Shown: in pieces, positions 1 through 9,300 of the stretch
How positions within the stretch are numbered: the first letter of the stretch is position 1
Layout of the letters: each line of letters opens with the position of its first letter
Virus record (IMG/VR): IMGVR_UViG_3300021432_000002
Location: 124-64,123 of that record
Length of the DNA: 64,000 nucleotides
Source of the DNA: a virus
Taxonomy: Duplodnaviria > Caudoviricetes
Strand: one strand, 5' to 3'
The notes under the pieces: generated by a model
What the model was told of the DNA's origin: nothing
The model's database searches: none
Seen by the model: only the letters and a program-made list of their open reading frames with translations
Position numbers and translations under genes: made by a program

Positions 1-55
1 ATTCGTGACCGAGATTCACCCATCGGATGCCTCCGAGGGATGATTCGACCGGGCG

Positions 56-113
56 GCCCGCGCAGACGACAGTTGGGACTTCCTCCTTCCTGTTCTCTGA
101 CGCGGGCTTTTTT
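56..113 (+). terminator. Long imperfect hairpin followed by a T6 tract (intrinsic terminator/attenuator) ahead of the head-gene operon
   Basis: GCCCGCG (56-62) pairs with CGCGGGC (101-107); inner CAGA/TCTG and ACAG/CTGT pairings; followed by TTTTTT. Confidence 0.65.
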
Positions 114-140
114 ATTTCTACCTTACGAAAGGAGATGCCA

Positions 141-203
141 ATGAACAGCAACTCTCGCTTCGACGCCAACCGCAAGCGCCACAAGAAAGGCGGGCACAAG
201 TAG
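141..203 (+). CDS. 20-aa basic peptide MNSNSRFDANRKRHKKGGHK
   Basis: Hand translation; strong RBS GAAAGGAG upstream; below the ORF-track cutoff. Confidence 0.55.
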   Translation: MNSNSRFDANRKRHKKGGHK

Positions 204-315
204 CAATCCCTCGCCTGGAAACGAGTCCCCTTAGCAGGGATTCCCCAGACGGGTCAACCGAGGCGAGGGCGGCCCACTACCAACCGCCCTCACCAATTCC
301 GAAGGAGGAAATCAG

Positions 316-480
316 ATGGCAGGCTACGGTCGTAAATCCAAGCGCGGCGGATTCGTCGGCAACCTAGCGAAGCTCGGCGGCTCGCGCCACAAGCTCCAGC
401 TCGCCGGCGATATGCGCCCCGAGAACACCGTTCATCCCCACTATAAAAAGGGCGTCAAGCAAGCGCACAAGAAAGTTTAG
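316..480 (+). CDS. 54-aa K/R/H/G-rich basic protein (MAGYGRKSKRGG...KQAHKKV)
   Basis: Hand translation; RBS GAAGGAGG; stop just before the next gene. Confidence 0.7.
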   Translation: MAGYGRKSKRGGFVGNLAKLGGSRHKLQLAGDMRPENTVHPHYKKGVKQAHKKV

Positions 481-485
481 AATGA

Positions 486-776
486 ATGGCTTCTCCCTCC
501 AACGCGCTTACTCCCCCGCCCTCGCCGGACGGCCAGCCCCAGCAGTCTCCCACTGCTCCGGCTTCGGCTTCGCCCGCGCCTCCTCAGCCTTCGCCGCAGA
601 TGCAGCAAGGCACGCAGGACGTAATCGAAATCGTCCAAAAGCTGCGCGGACTCGCCAAGGCGCACCCGAAGGTCGCGCCGTCGATAGCCAAAATCAACGA
701 TTTGATGCGGGAAGTGCTTGCGGGAATGATGGAGTCGCAGACTCCGGCGGAACCGCAGGCTCCGCCGAACGCATGA
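486..776 (+). CDS. Pro/Gln-rich hypothetical head-region protein
   Basis: Fits operon spacing ahead of the scaffold gene; helical C-terminal half; N-terminal LTPPPSP. Confidence 0.7.
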   Translation: MASPSNALTPPPSPDGQPQQSPTAPASASPAPPQPSPQMQQGTQDVIEIVQKLRGLAKAHPKVAPSIAKINDLMREVLAGMMESQTPAEPQAPPNA

Positions 777-787
777 AGGAGTAAGCG

Positions 788-1633
788 ATGCAAACTTACG
801 CGGAATATCTACAGTCTCTTGGGGCCAGCGCGGAGGACGTCAAATTGATGGATACTCCTGTAGCGCGCCGAGCATACGACGCGCTCCAGAAGCAGGCCGC
901 TGATGCGCTTGCGGAAGCCGAACGACAGAAGGCCGGAGCGGATGCCTATCATGTCAAGGTGGATGACTGGTTCAAGACTCACGACGCCGAATTCAAGACG
1001 GTCGAGCAGCAACTCATCGCCGCTCGCGCGAAAGCCGCTTCCTTCGAGTCCGCTCTCCGCACCATCAACGACCGGGGCATCATCGACGTGACGAAAGACC
1101 TCGGGCTGAATCTCGACGCTCCCGCCCCCGCAGCCAAAAAGGATGAACCCGTGGCCATCGACACCTCCAAGTTCGTGACCACCGATGCTGTCCTCCAGCT
1201 CGCCGAGCGCGAGGCCGAATCCATCGCCATGATGTCGGACATTGCCGCCGAGCACGTCTACCTTTTCGGCGCTCCTCTTCGCAACGCGCGGGAACTCCGC
1301 AAGGAAGCCACCACTCGCAAGGTGTCCCTCGAACAGGTGTGGATGGAGAAGTACAAGGTGCCGGAGGCGCGCACCGCGAAGGAAGCCGCGACCGCGAAGG
1401 CGGCAGAGGATACCCTCCGCGCTAAAATCACCGAGGAAGTCACCGCGAAACTCGCGTCGCAGTACGGCAACCCGGACCTCCGCCCCCTCGAACCTTCCCG
1501 CTCCTTCCTCATCCCCAACAAGGACCGCGGGCGCGACAAGGCTCCGTGGGAGCTGGGCACGGACGGCGACAGCGGATCGAATGACAGGGTGCGGCGGGCC
1601 ACCGCGAACGCAATGAAGGCGGGAGTTCACTAG
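788..1633 (+). CDS. Putative capsid scaffolding protein
   Basis: Ala/Glu/Lys-rich coiled-coil protein directly upstream of the capsid gene; RBS GAAGGAG. Confidence 0.65.
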   Translation: MQTYAEYLQSLGASAEDVKLMDTPVARRAYDALQKQAADALAEAERQKAGADAYHVKVDDWFKTHDAEFKTVEQQLIAARAKAASFESALRTINDRGIIDVTKDLGLNLDAPAPAAKKDEPVAIDTSKFVTTDAVLQLAEREAESIAMMSDIAAEHVYLFGAPLRNARELRKEATTRKVSLEQVWMEKYKVPEARTAKEAATAKAAEDTLRAKITEEVTAKLASQYGNPDLRPLEPSRSFLIPNKDRGRDKAPWELGTDGDSGSNDRVRRATANAMKAGVH

Positions 1634-1670
1634 AGTTTGAGTTCTTGATTTCGTAGTGAGGAGACGCTAG

Positions 1671-2819
1671 ATGGCAGACCCACTTTTTGACCAGCTCTCA
1701 TCGACGACGCTGGCGGACCTCAGGGAAGATGTGCTTTACGACAATTTTTTCGTCGATTCGGCCTGGCTCCGCAAGCTCCGGGTGAGCGGCGCGCTGGATG
1801 AGTTCTTGGGCGGCACCATCATGCAGACGCCGTTCCAGTACAACCGCGTGAACGGCGGCGCCATCGCCCCTGGCTCGGACATCTCGGTCCTCCAGAATCA
1901 AATCCTCGCCTCGACCGCCTTCGTGCCGAAGGAGTACATCGAGCAGATTCCGCTCAACCTCTTCCGCACGAACGTCATCCAGGGTTCCGGCCCAGCCGTC
2001 AAAATTAAAGAAGTCGATGCCTACATGACCAACGCGGTCCAGGCGCTCAACACGGACATCGCCATCGACTTCTACCGCCACGGGCAATCCATCACCGGCT
2101 CGAATCGCCTCATCTTCATCAACGGCATTTCCGAGGCCCTGAACGACGGCATCAATCCATCCTGGGACGGCAACACCTTCACCACTTACGGCGGCCAGCT
2201 CCGGAACGGCGTCATCGGCAACGTGCTGAACAGCGTCCCCATCTGGGCAGGCTCCGCGACCGGCGCGACGGGCCAAATCACCTACAAGGTGCTGGTCGAA
2301 GCCTACCTGAATTGCGTGCAGCGTCCGGACATTGGACTCTGCAACAAGGCCCTCTTCGCCTACCTGCTCGAACGGCAGGAGCCGAAGCAGCGGTTCGAGA
2401 CGCAAACCGATGTCTCCATCGGGCTGTCCGGACTCAAGCTGCTGGACGCGATGATTTTCGAGGACAAGCTGGCGCCATCGACGAAATACGGCACCATCCT
2501 GCCGTCCGGACTCTCGCAGACGACCTCCATCAAGCCGTCCACTTTCACCCTTGCGAACCTGACCGCCGCGCAGACTGCCATATCGAACTTCCCGACCGGC
2601 GGCGGGCAGACCATCAATCCCGGCGAGCCGTTCTTCTGGCTGCGCGCGAAGGGCTGGAAACTCCGCCCCTCGTCCGACCCGGAGTATAACTTTAACTTTA
2701 CCCCTCCGATAAGGTCGCAAACGAATGCTGACCTTATTGTCATGTTCCTGAAAGCCGCCCTGAACTGTTATAGTACGTCACCAAGAGATAATAGTCAGAT
2801 AATCGGCGCGGGGTTCTGA
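1671..2819 (+). CDS. Major capsid protein
   Basis: 382 aa; N-terminal TTL..DNFF...LRKL...GG.I..P.Y pattern of a phage MCP family; follows the scaffold; strongly biased codon use. Confidence 0.8.
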   Translation: MADPLFDQLSSTTLADLREDVLYDNFFVDSAWLRKLRVSGALDEFLGGTIMQTPFQYNRVNGGAIAPGSDISVLQNQILASTAFVPKEYIEQIPLNLFRTNVIQGSGPAVKIKEVDAYMTNAVQALNTDIAIDFYRHGQSITGSNRLIFINGISEALNDGINPSWDGNTFTTYGGQLRNGVIGNVLNSVPIWAGSATGATGQITYKVLVEAYLNCVQRPDIGLCNKALFAYLLERQEPKQRFETQTDVSIGLSGLKLLDAMIFEDKLAPSTKYGTILPSGLSQTTSIKPSTFTLANLTAAQTAISNFPTGGGQTINPGEPFFWLRAKGWKLRPSSDPEYNFNFTPPIRSQTNADLIVMFLKAALNCYSTSPRDNSQIIGAGF

Positions 2820-2852
2820 AGCGTAGTACAATCGAGCCAGAGGTGGCTCAGG

Positions 2853-3488
2853 ATGCGAGACGCAAAACACGCAGCGTTCACGGGGAGGGCGGGAGAATTG
2901 ACCGTCGCGGCGCAACTTCTCTTGCGCGACATATCTGTTTTCTTTCCACATGTGGATACCGGCTGTGACCTGATGACTGAATCCGGTTGTCGGCTGCAAG
3001 TAAAATGCGCTCATCTTTACAGCCACAAGAATGGACCGCGCTACTCCTTTCCGTTGCCCAAGACGCGCAGGATTCCCAACTCAGACAAGACGACGAAGTT
3101 AATTACCAGAAAGTCTTTCGCTGAGGTCTGTCACTTCGTGGTCTTTTGGGGCATTGAGCAGAATCGTTTCTGGGTTGTCCCCGCTAATTTGTGTGACGAA
3201 GTAACGGGGGTTGAACTAGGGCTAGAAAACAATTATAAAAGGTTCGCTGGCAGTCTCGCGGACATGCGTGAGATGAAGAGGCTCGGATATTCCGTTGGGA
3301 AGATTGCCAAGCACTACGACATGCAGCGTACTAGTGTCCAGCAATTTTTGGACTCCGATAAGGAGTTCATTGACGAGACTGCGGTTTCTCAGATGCGAGC
3401 CTGCGAAGGTCGCTGGGACTTCATCCTGAATTTCACTCCATCCGCCGTTGCTCAAGAGGCTCCGGCGAACGAGCAGAAGGAGCAATAA
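2853..3488 (+). CDS. Free-standing PD-(D/E)XK homing endonuclease (PDDEXK_5-like) with possible C-terminal HTH
   Basis: G.AGE..V...L....I.V..P..D.GCDL.....RLQVK motif; lower GC than flanking genes. Confidence 0.75.
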   Translation: MRDAKHAAFTGRAGELTVAAQLLLRDISVFFPHVDTGCDLMTESGCRLQVKCAHLYSHKNGPRYSFPLPKTRRIPNSDKTTKLITRKSFAEVCHFVVFWGIEQNRFWVVPANLCDEVTGVELGLENNYKRFAGSLADMREMKRLGYSVGKIAKHYDMQRTSVQQFLDSDKEFIDETAVSQMRACEGRWDFILNFTPSAVAQEAPANEQKEQ

Positions 3489-3489
3489 T

Positions 3490-4155
3490 ATGGCCGGTGG
3501 AATGCTCACAAAACAAGCCGATTTCCTGACCGCGAAGTTCCTCAATCAGGTGAACGACACCGCTGCTGGGGGCGTCATCGTCTCGCTTCCCGCCGGCGCG
3601 CCTTCGCCCGCCGTGTCGCAAACCCTCCCCGGCGACCGCATCGTCCTCGACGACGCCACGGCCCTCGCGCTCTCTGGCATCCCAACCGGCTTGTCCACCG
3701 TGCAAAATCTCTACGGCGGCGTCTACATGTACGTCCAGACGCTCTCCTCCTCGACCGCTGCGCCTGCTTTGGGGGCGATTGCCTTCTGGCGTACTACTGA
3801 CCTCGGCTCCGGAGCCACGCCTCAATATCAATGCTCGGCAGACGCTTTGCCGACGACCGCCATTCCGGTCTACATCGCCGGCATCTTCATCAACGCCATC
3901 ACCAAGGGCAACTTCGGCTGGATTCAGGTCGCGGGCCTTGCAACCGTGCTGCCAGATTCCGCGCTGACCGCCACGACCGCTGGCGCATGGGCTTCCGCGA
4001 AAGTCTCCGCAGCCGTGGCCTCGACCGCCGACGCGGGCGCGGTCATCGGCGTCGTGACTCTTCCCGCGCAGCTTGGCGTGTGGATTGGCACACCGGCGGC
4101 CTCCACGCTCAATCCATGCTTGCTTACCCGCGGATTGTTTGGCGGGCGCGTTTAG
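3490..4155 (+). CDS. Putative capsid decoration/minor head protein
   Basis: Ala/Gly/Thr-rich with YMYVQ and FGWIQVAG motifs; first structural gene after the MCP. Confidence 0.55.
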   Translation: MAGGMLTKQADFLTAKFLNQVNDTAAGGVIVSLPAGAPSPAVSQTLPGDRIVLDDATALALSGIPTGLSTVQNLYGGVYMYVQTLSSSTAAPALGAIAFWRTTDLGSGATPQYQCSADALPTTAIPVYIAGIFINAITKGNFGWIQVAGLATVLPDSALTATTAGAWASAKVSAAVASTADAGAVIGVVTLPAQLGVWIGTPAASTLNPCLLTRGLFGGRV

Positions 4156-4164
4156 GAGAGACTG

Positions 4165-4572
4165 ATGGGACTTCACCCGCTTCCTGGCTATCCGTGCCCC
4201 AATGAAAAGGGCGGTTATGATTGGGTTGGGGACGTGGACGGCCCAACTAGCTATGTCAACAGCGGAACCTTTGGCACGTCCGGCCAGCAACTCAACGCAC
4301 AGGACTTCGGCTTCGGGGGATTCGAGATCGTGGATGCGCCCGCTCTCAGCAGCGACGGTGTGAACGACATCGTGCTGGTGATGGGCGCGACCACCGGAGG
4401 AGCGACGGCTTTGTCGCCTTCACCTGGGGCGGGCCAGTCCGGTCCCGCTGTCCAGACCGCGGTGCTGCATTGGTTCACGGCCATCCGCGGCGTGGGAGCC
4501 AACCCGACCGAGGTAGCGAACGCCACGAATCTCAGCGCGAAAATGGTCCGCTTGCGTATTGCGGGAGTCTAA
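4165..4572 (+). CDS. Virion structural protein
   Basis: GP.SY...G...A..FG and EVANATNLSA motifs typical of small head-region phage proteins. Confidence 0.6.
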   Translation: MGLHPLPGYPCPNEKGGYDWVGDVDGPTSYVNSGTFGTSGQQLNAQDFGFGGFEIVDAPALSSDGVNDIVLVMGATTGGATALSPSPGAGQSGPAVQTAVLHWFTAIRGVGANPTEVANATNLSAKMVRLRIAGV

Positions 4573-4584
4573 GGAGGCATCATC

Positions 4585-4755
4585 ATGCACGGAGTCTGGG
4601 CCGGAATGGGCCACGAAAAGGAACCGAAGCAGCCGCATGGCCCGAAGGAGCGCGGCAAGACGGTCATTCACTCGCACTCGCACCGCCCGAAGCGCCGCAT
4701 CAAAGGCGCGGCTATGCGCCCCAAGGTTCACGGCAAGCGCGAATCCAAACGCTAG
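4585..4755 (+). CDS. 56-aa His/Lys/Arg-rich basic protein (MHGVWAGMGHEK...HGKRESKR)
   Basis: Hand translation; RBS AAGGAGG. Confidence 0.65.
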   Translation: MHGVWAGMGHEKEPKQPHGPKERGKTVIHSHSHRPKRRIKGAAMRPKVHGKRESKR

Positions 4756-4767
4756 GAGCCTGCGTGT

Positions 4768-4905
4768 GTGGCCTACAAGACTAAACTTTCTCTCCCCAAA
4801 CCCACTACCGCGTCCAGCGCGTACCCGCGCACGATAACCTTCTCCGGCCCCAAGTCCAAGCGCAGCCTGAAAATCAAATCCGCTCCCAAGAGGGGGAGGC
4901 TCTGA
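4768..4905 (+). CDS. 45-aa Lys-rich basic protein (MAYKTKLSLPKP...KRGRL)
   Basis: GTG start after AGGAG; TGA overlaps the ATG of the next gene (TGATG). Confidence 0.55.
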   Translation: MAYKTKLSLPKPTTASSAYPRTITFSGPKSKRSLKIKSAPKRGRL

Positions 4906-5882
4906 TGTCCTTCCTCACCATGTATTCAGAGCTGCGCGGAGCCGTGCCCAAAATCCCCATCGACTTCTGCAAGACGCTCATCAACCGCGCCTACCGTGAC
5001 GTGCGCGAGTCGAATCTGTGGTCCTTCAATCTCTTCGAGTCCTCTTGGATAACGCCTCCGCTCATCAACTCCGGAACGGTGACGGCGACTCAAGGTTCCG
5101 CCGCCCTCCTGTTCGACGCTACCGCGCTTGCGGCCCTGAACGCGGGCACCACGGCCTACTCGTTCATCACGCAGCGCCAGTTCCGTATCGGCGTCGGGGG
5201 CATCTACTCCCTCATCACTTTCAATTCTGGCACGGGAGCCGCAACCCTCGACCGCCCGTTCGCGGACCCCGGTGGCGCGGGACTCTCCTACCAAGTCTAC
5301 CAGCTCTACTACGCCGCTCCGTTCCTCGACCATCGCGTGTGGCTGTCCGTCCGCAATCCGCAGATGTTCATCGACCTCGACCTCACCAAGACTCGCGCAT
5401 GGGTGGACGCTTCCGACCCGCAGCGGTCGTGGTATCAGTTCCCGACAGTCGTCGTTCCCTACGCGCATGACACCCGCCCTGGCTCGTCCACACTCGGCTA
5501 TCCCCTATTCGAGCTATGGGGCCAGCCTGTCGCTCCCTTCACCTATCAGTGCTACGGCCTTCGCAACGGGATCGACCTAGCCCTTCCCGGCGACACCCTT
5601 CCGCAGCCGCTCGACGAGGATCTCATCCTCTCCCGCGCGAAGCGCCTCGCCTACGAGTGGTCCGAGGCCAACAAGGACATCACTCCGCGCTCCTCCGGCC
5701 CAGACTTCCGCTTCCTCATCGGGGACGCGGACAAGAAGTTCCGTGAGTTGAAGGTTCAATATCGCAAGCAGGACAGGGAGTTCGTGCTGAATTTCTTCGC
5801 GGCGCACCGACCACTGGATACGAGTCGGATTGGTTTTTATAACACATTGGCCGGATTTGGTGGCCCTACAGCCCAGATCTAA
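4905..5882 (+). CDS. Head-tail adaptor-like protein with inserted beta domain
   Basis: N-terminal helix ...LINRAYRDV....LWSF, central GTVTATQGS domain, C-terminal P.P.DEDLIL helix. Confidence 0.55.
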   Translation: MSFLTMYSELRGAVPKIPIDFCKTLINRAYRDVRESNLWSFNLFESSWITPPLINSGTVTATQGSAALLFDATALAALNAGTTAYSFITQRQFRIGVGGIYSLITFNSGTGAATLDRPFADPGGAGLSYQVYQLYYAAPFLDHRVWLSVRNPQMFIDLDLTKTRAWVDASDPQRSWYQFPTVVVPYAHDTRPGSSTLGYPLFELWGQPVAPFTYQCYGLRNGIDLALPGDTLPQPLDEDLILSRAKRLAYEWSEANKDITPRSSGPDFRFLIGDADKKFRELKVQYRKQDREFVLNFFAAHRPLDTSRIGFYNTLAGFGGPTAQI

Positions 5883-6342
5883 CTATATGAGGACGCCTTT
5901 TATCTCTGAACAGAGTCCAACAAGCGCGACATTCGCGGTTGCCCTCTTTGTCTATATGTGTGTTCTCCTTGGTGTATTCGTGTCCATGAGGACAATGCGT
6001 TCTACTCGCATTGATAGCTGCGATGGTTTCTCCCTTGAGTATGTTCTCCCTGTGCGTGATTGTCTCCAAATGGCTTGGATTTACACAGTAAGGTATATTA
6101 CACAGGTGATTAACCTCCAATCCTTTGGGAATTTCTCCAATAAAGTGTTGGTAGGCGAACCTGTGTGCTGCGACGAAGCGAGTGCGGCCCTTGTCCTTGT
6201 GACTGAAGAGAATTCCGTAGCCAATTCCTTCGTGGTATCTAGTGCCCGCTCGGGTGCCTGTCCATTCCCAGCATCCAGTAACCAAGTTCACCTTGAATTT
6301 CTCAAGAAAGCGTTCAAGTATGGGACGCCGTTTTGGAGGCAT
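5866..6342 (-). CDS. HNH homing endonuclease
   Basis: CWEWTG, AHRFAY, HLCNIPYCVNPSHL..TH.EN, HCPHGHEY...C..C; AT-rich; opposite strand to the operon. Confidence 0.9.
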   Translation of the reverse strand: MPPKRRPILERFLEKFKVNLVTGCWEWTGTRAGTRYHEGIGYGILFSHKDKGRTRFVAAHRFAYQHFIGEIPKGLEVNHLCNIPYCVNPSHLETITHRENILKGETIAAINASRTHCPHGHEYTKENTHIDKEGNRECRACWTLFRDKRRPHIVRSGL

Positions 6343-6350
6343 AGAGCGCT

Positions 6351-9300
6351 ATGGTATCACGCATAACCATTAAAAATATACTATTTTTATTCGCTCTTGT
6401 GCTGCTCGCGCCGCTTGCGCGAGGCAACCAAAACGCTCAGGGTTGGTGCGAGGTCGGTGCCACGCCAGTCGTCACTTCCGGCCTGACCTCGACCACGACT
6501 GTCCAAGCCAGCTATCCCGCCTGTACCGTGACCGTGTTCGTCCACGGTGCGGGCCTTGCGACCATCTTCTCGGACAACAATGGCACTCCCCTCTCGAATC
6601 CCTTCACCGCGCAGGCCAACGGGCGATGGCAATTCTACAGCGCAAATGGGCGCTACGATGTCCAGCTTTCCGGAGCCGGATTCCCCACTCCGGTAACCTA
6701 TTCCGATGTGGTTCTACAAGACGCCGCCAACCAGCAGGCCGCCCTGCCCAACACCACTCTAACCTTCTCCGCGACTCCCGTCCTCAACGTCACGAACAAC
6801 GTCTCCTACACCATGACGCTCACGGGCAACGTGACCTCCTCCACCACTACAGGTACGCCCGCGAACGGCAACATCCTCTCCCTGACGCTCGTCGAGGATG
6901 GCGTTGGAGGCCGCACCTTCGCCTTCCCCGCCAATTTCATCATCCCCCTCGGCTACACTCTCGACACCGTGCCCCTGCACACGAACGCCATTACCTTCAA
7001 GTTCGATGGCACGAACTGGAACGTCATCTCCAACTCCGGCACCAGCGGCGGCGGAGGCTCGGCGGCACAGGGCGTCGTCGGCACGGTACAGACCTCGAAC
7101 GGCGCCGGCGTTCTCGCTGCCTCCGGCGAAGTGGACACCGGAACCGCCTTCAACGTGAGCCGCGACGCTCACTTCAAAGGGCCGAATCCAGTCGTCGATG
7201 TCACTCAGTACGGAGTGCGATCGGCGTGTGCGAGTGCGGCGCCCTGCGCTCCTGGCATCACCGCCACCACCACCAGCGGCCTGCCGACGATAACACTGTC
7301 CTCCGCGAGCACTTTCCAGAACGGCGACGGCGTGACCATCTATGGCGCGGGTGCGGCGCATTCCATGACCACGCCTACCGCTCCGACCGTGACGCCTTCC
7401 CTCTCCGCAGGGCCGGCGGTCACAGGACCGGTGGTCAATGGTCCATCCGGCTCGACCACCTACAACTATAAAGTGATGGCGCGGAACACCGCGCAAGGGC
7501 TGACCGCTGCCAGCGCGACCGGTTCTACCACGACAGGCGTGTCAACTCTAGGCTACAGCACGGTCGGCATTACCTCGCAATCCCGCTCTGGCACGGTCAC
7601 TACCGTCACCACGTCCTCGGCGCATGGCCTCGCGGTCGGAGTGAAGGTGAATATCTTCCAAGCCACGGACGGGCCGGAGTTCAGCGGGTGGTTCATTGTG
7701 GCTACCGTCCCCGACACCACTCACTTCACCTATACGAACGGTATCGACGCTGCTGGTATCATCACCAGTACAACCTCCACGGGCGGAACAGTCAGTTGGG
7801 AGGAGTGCAACCACCTCACTTGGCCTGCCGTCACCGGAGCATCTCAATACGTCATTTACAGTGACCGCGCCAATCCCGGCACCTTCGCGCCCATCGGTAT
7901 CTCGGAGCCGAACGTAACGTCGTGGGACGACTATGGCTCACCCATGATGGACGGCCTACTACTACCTTACTTTATCCCATCCACTCCTCCAGTCGCAGCG
8001 ACCTCAAATAGCCTCACCACGACCATCCTATCTGGCGCGGGGACGACCTCACTCACCCTGAACGCGAACGCCGGAACGTCAGTGAGCGGCGCGACGATCC
8101 TCTTCGACAATGCGCCCAACTTTGTAACGGCAGTCGCCGCAGGCGGAACCACCTACTTTCCGGCAGGCGGGACTTACGTTTTCAACTCTTACGTCACGAC
8201 TAACGCTAGCGTCTCCATCGGCGGGCAACTCTGGCTGAACGACACGATGCAGGTGCAGGGGAAGTGGACTGGCAGCCTCACGCCCACGAACACTAACGCA
8301 CCTCAATTTAGCTTTGAGGCCGAGAATATCGTCAACGTCAATCGCGCCAACCCCGGCCTCTACAGTGCAGCGTTCAATAGCAGCACGCTCAGAGGTTTGA
8401 CATTTTCCCCACAAGGCAAGTCAGGCCGCGCGATTCTCATGCAGGGGAGCATCCAAGGGAACTATGAGTGGCTCAACTGTGCCCTGCTTTCCGCCGACTA
8501 CACGGGCATCTGCCTCGAACTCCACGGCGTGACCGCTGATGTGTTCTTCAACACGTTCAGGAATATCGCCTTCACCTCGCCGCAAGGATTGAATACGAGT
8601 GCTCCGCTGCTCGCGTTATCCGGCGTGGGCGTAGCTCATGGCGTTGGCATCACCCAAATGGAGAACTTCTCCCTGAGCGGCAGAGGAATCCACTCGGACG
8701 CCAGCGAGTTCTACGTTCGTGGAGGAAGATGCCAAGCGTGCTCGGCTCCGATATTCACCTACGTGGCGTCCGCTCAGAGCCGCATCGAGAACATCGACCA
8801 AGACACGATGACACCTTCCCTCATCGCTAACTTTGGCGCTCAGTCGAGCCTCTACATCAAGAACTCCGGCTCGCCGTCCTTCGACGGCGTGAGTTCGCAG
8901 CCGGTAATTACAGGCAAACCTTTTGGCAGCGTCGCAGGAGACGGCGTAAGCGGTCAGAACACTAACCAAGGCAACTTCGGCTTCACTTCCGGCTGGTCAG
9001 GAACGAAGATTTCCAGCGGAACGGCAGTCGCAAACTTCGGCCAAGGCTCGTCCGCGTCCATCGGCTACCAAATGACCACCGGCACGCCAACCGTAAGCAT
9101 CAGCGGCGCGACAGGTCCAGCGGCAGGAACCTACTATTACAGCCTTGAAGCTGTGGATGCGCTCGGTAACGCTACGGCTCCAGGGAATCCATCGACCTCA
9201 ATCACCGTCAATGGTAGCCAAGGCGTCTTGATTACCTTTCCAACCCGCGCCTCCGGTCAGGTATTTTGGAACGTCTGTCGCTCCCTTACCACTCCGAGTA

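Noticed and set aside
809-2720. Long antisense ORFs (e.g. 809..1630, 1698..2720; also 60989..61855)
   Set aside because: Shadows of high-GC3 sense genes with no motifs
2819-3490. Group I intron around the PD-(D/E)XK endonuclease
   Set aside because: Flanking genes are complete and the spacers are too short for a ribozyme core
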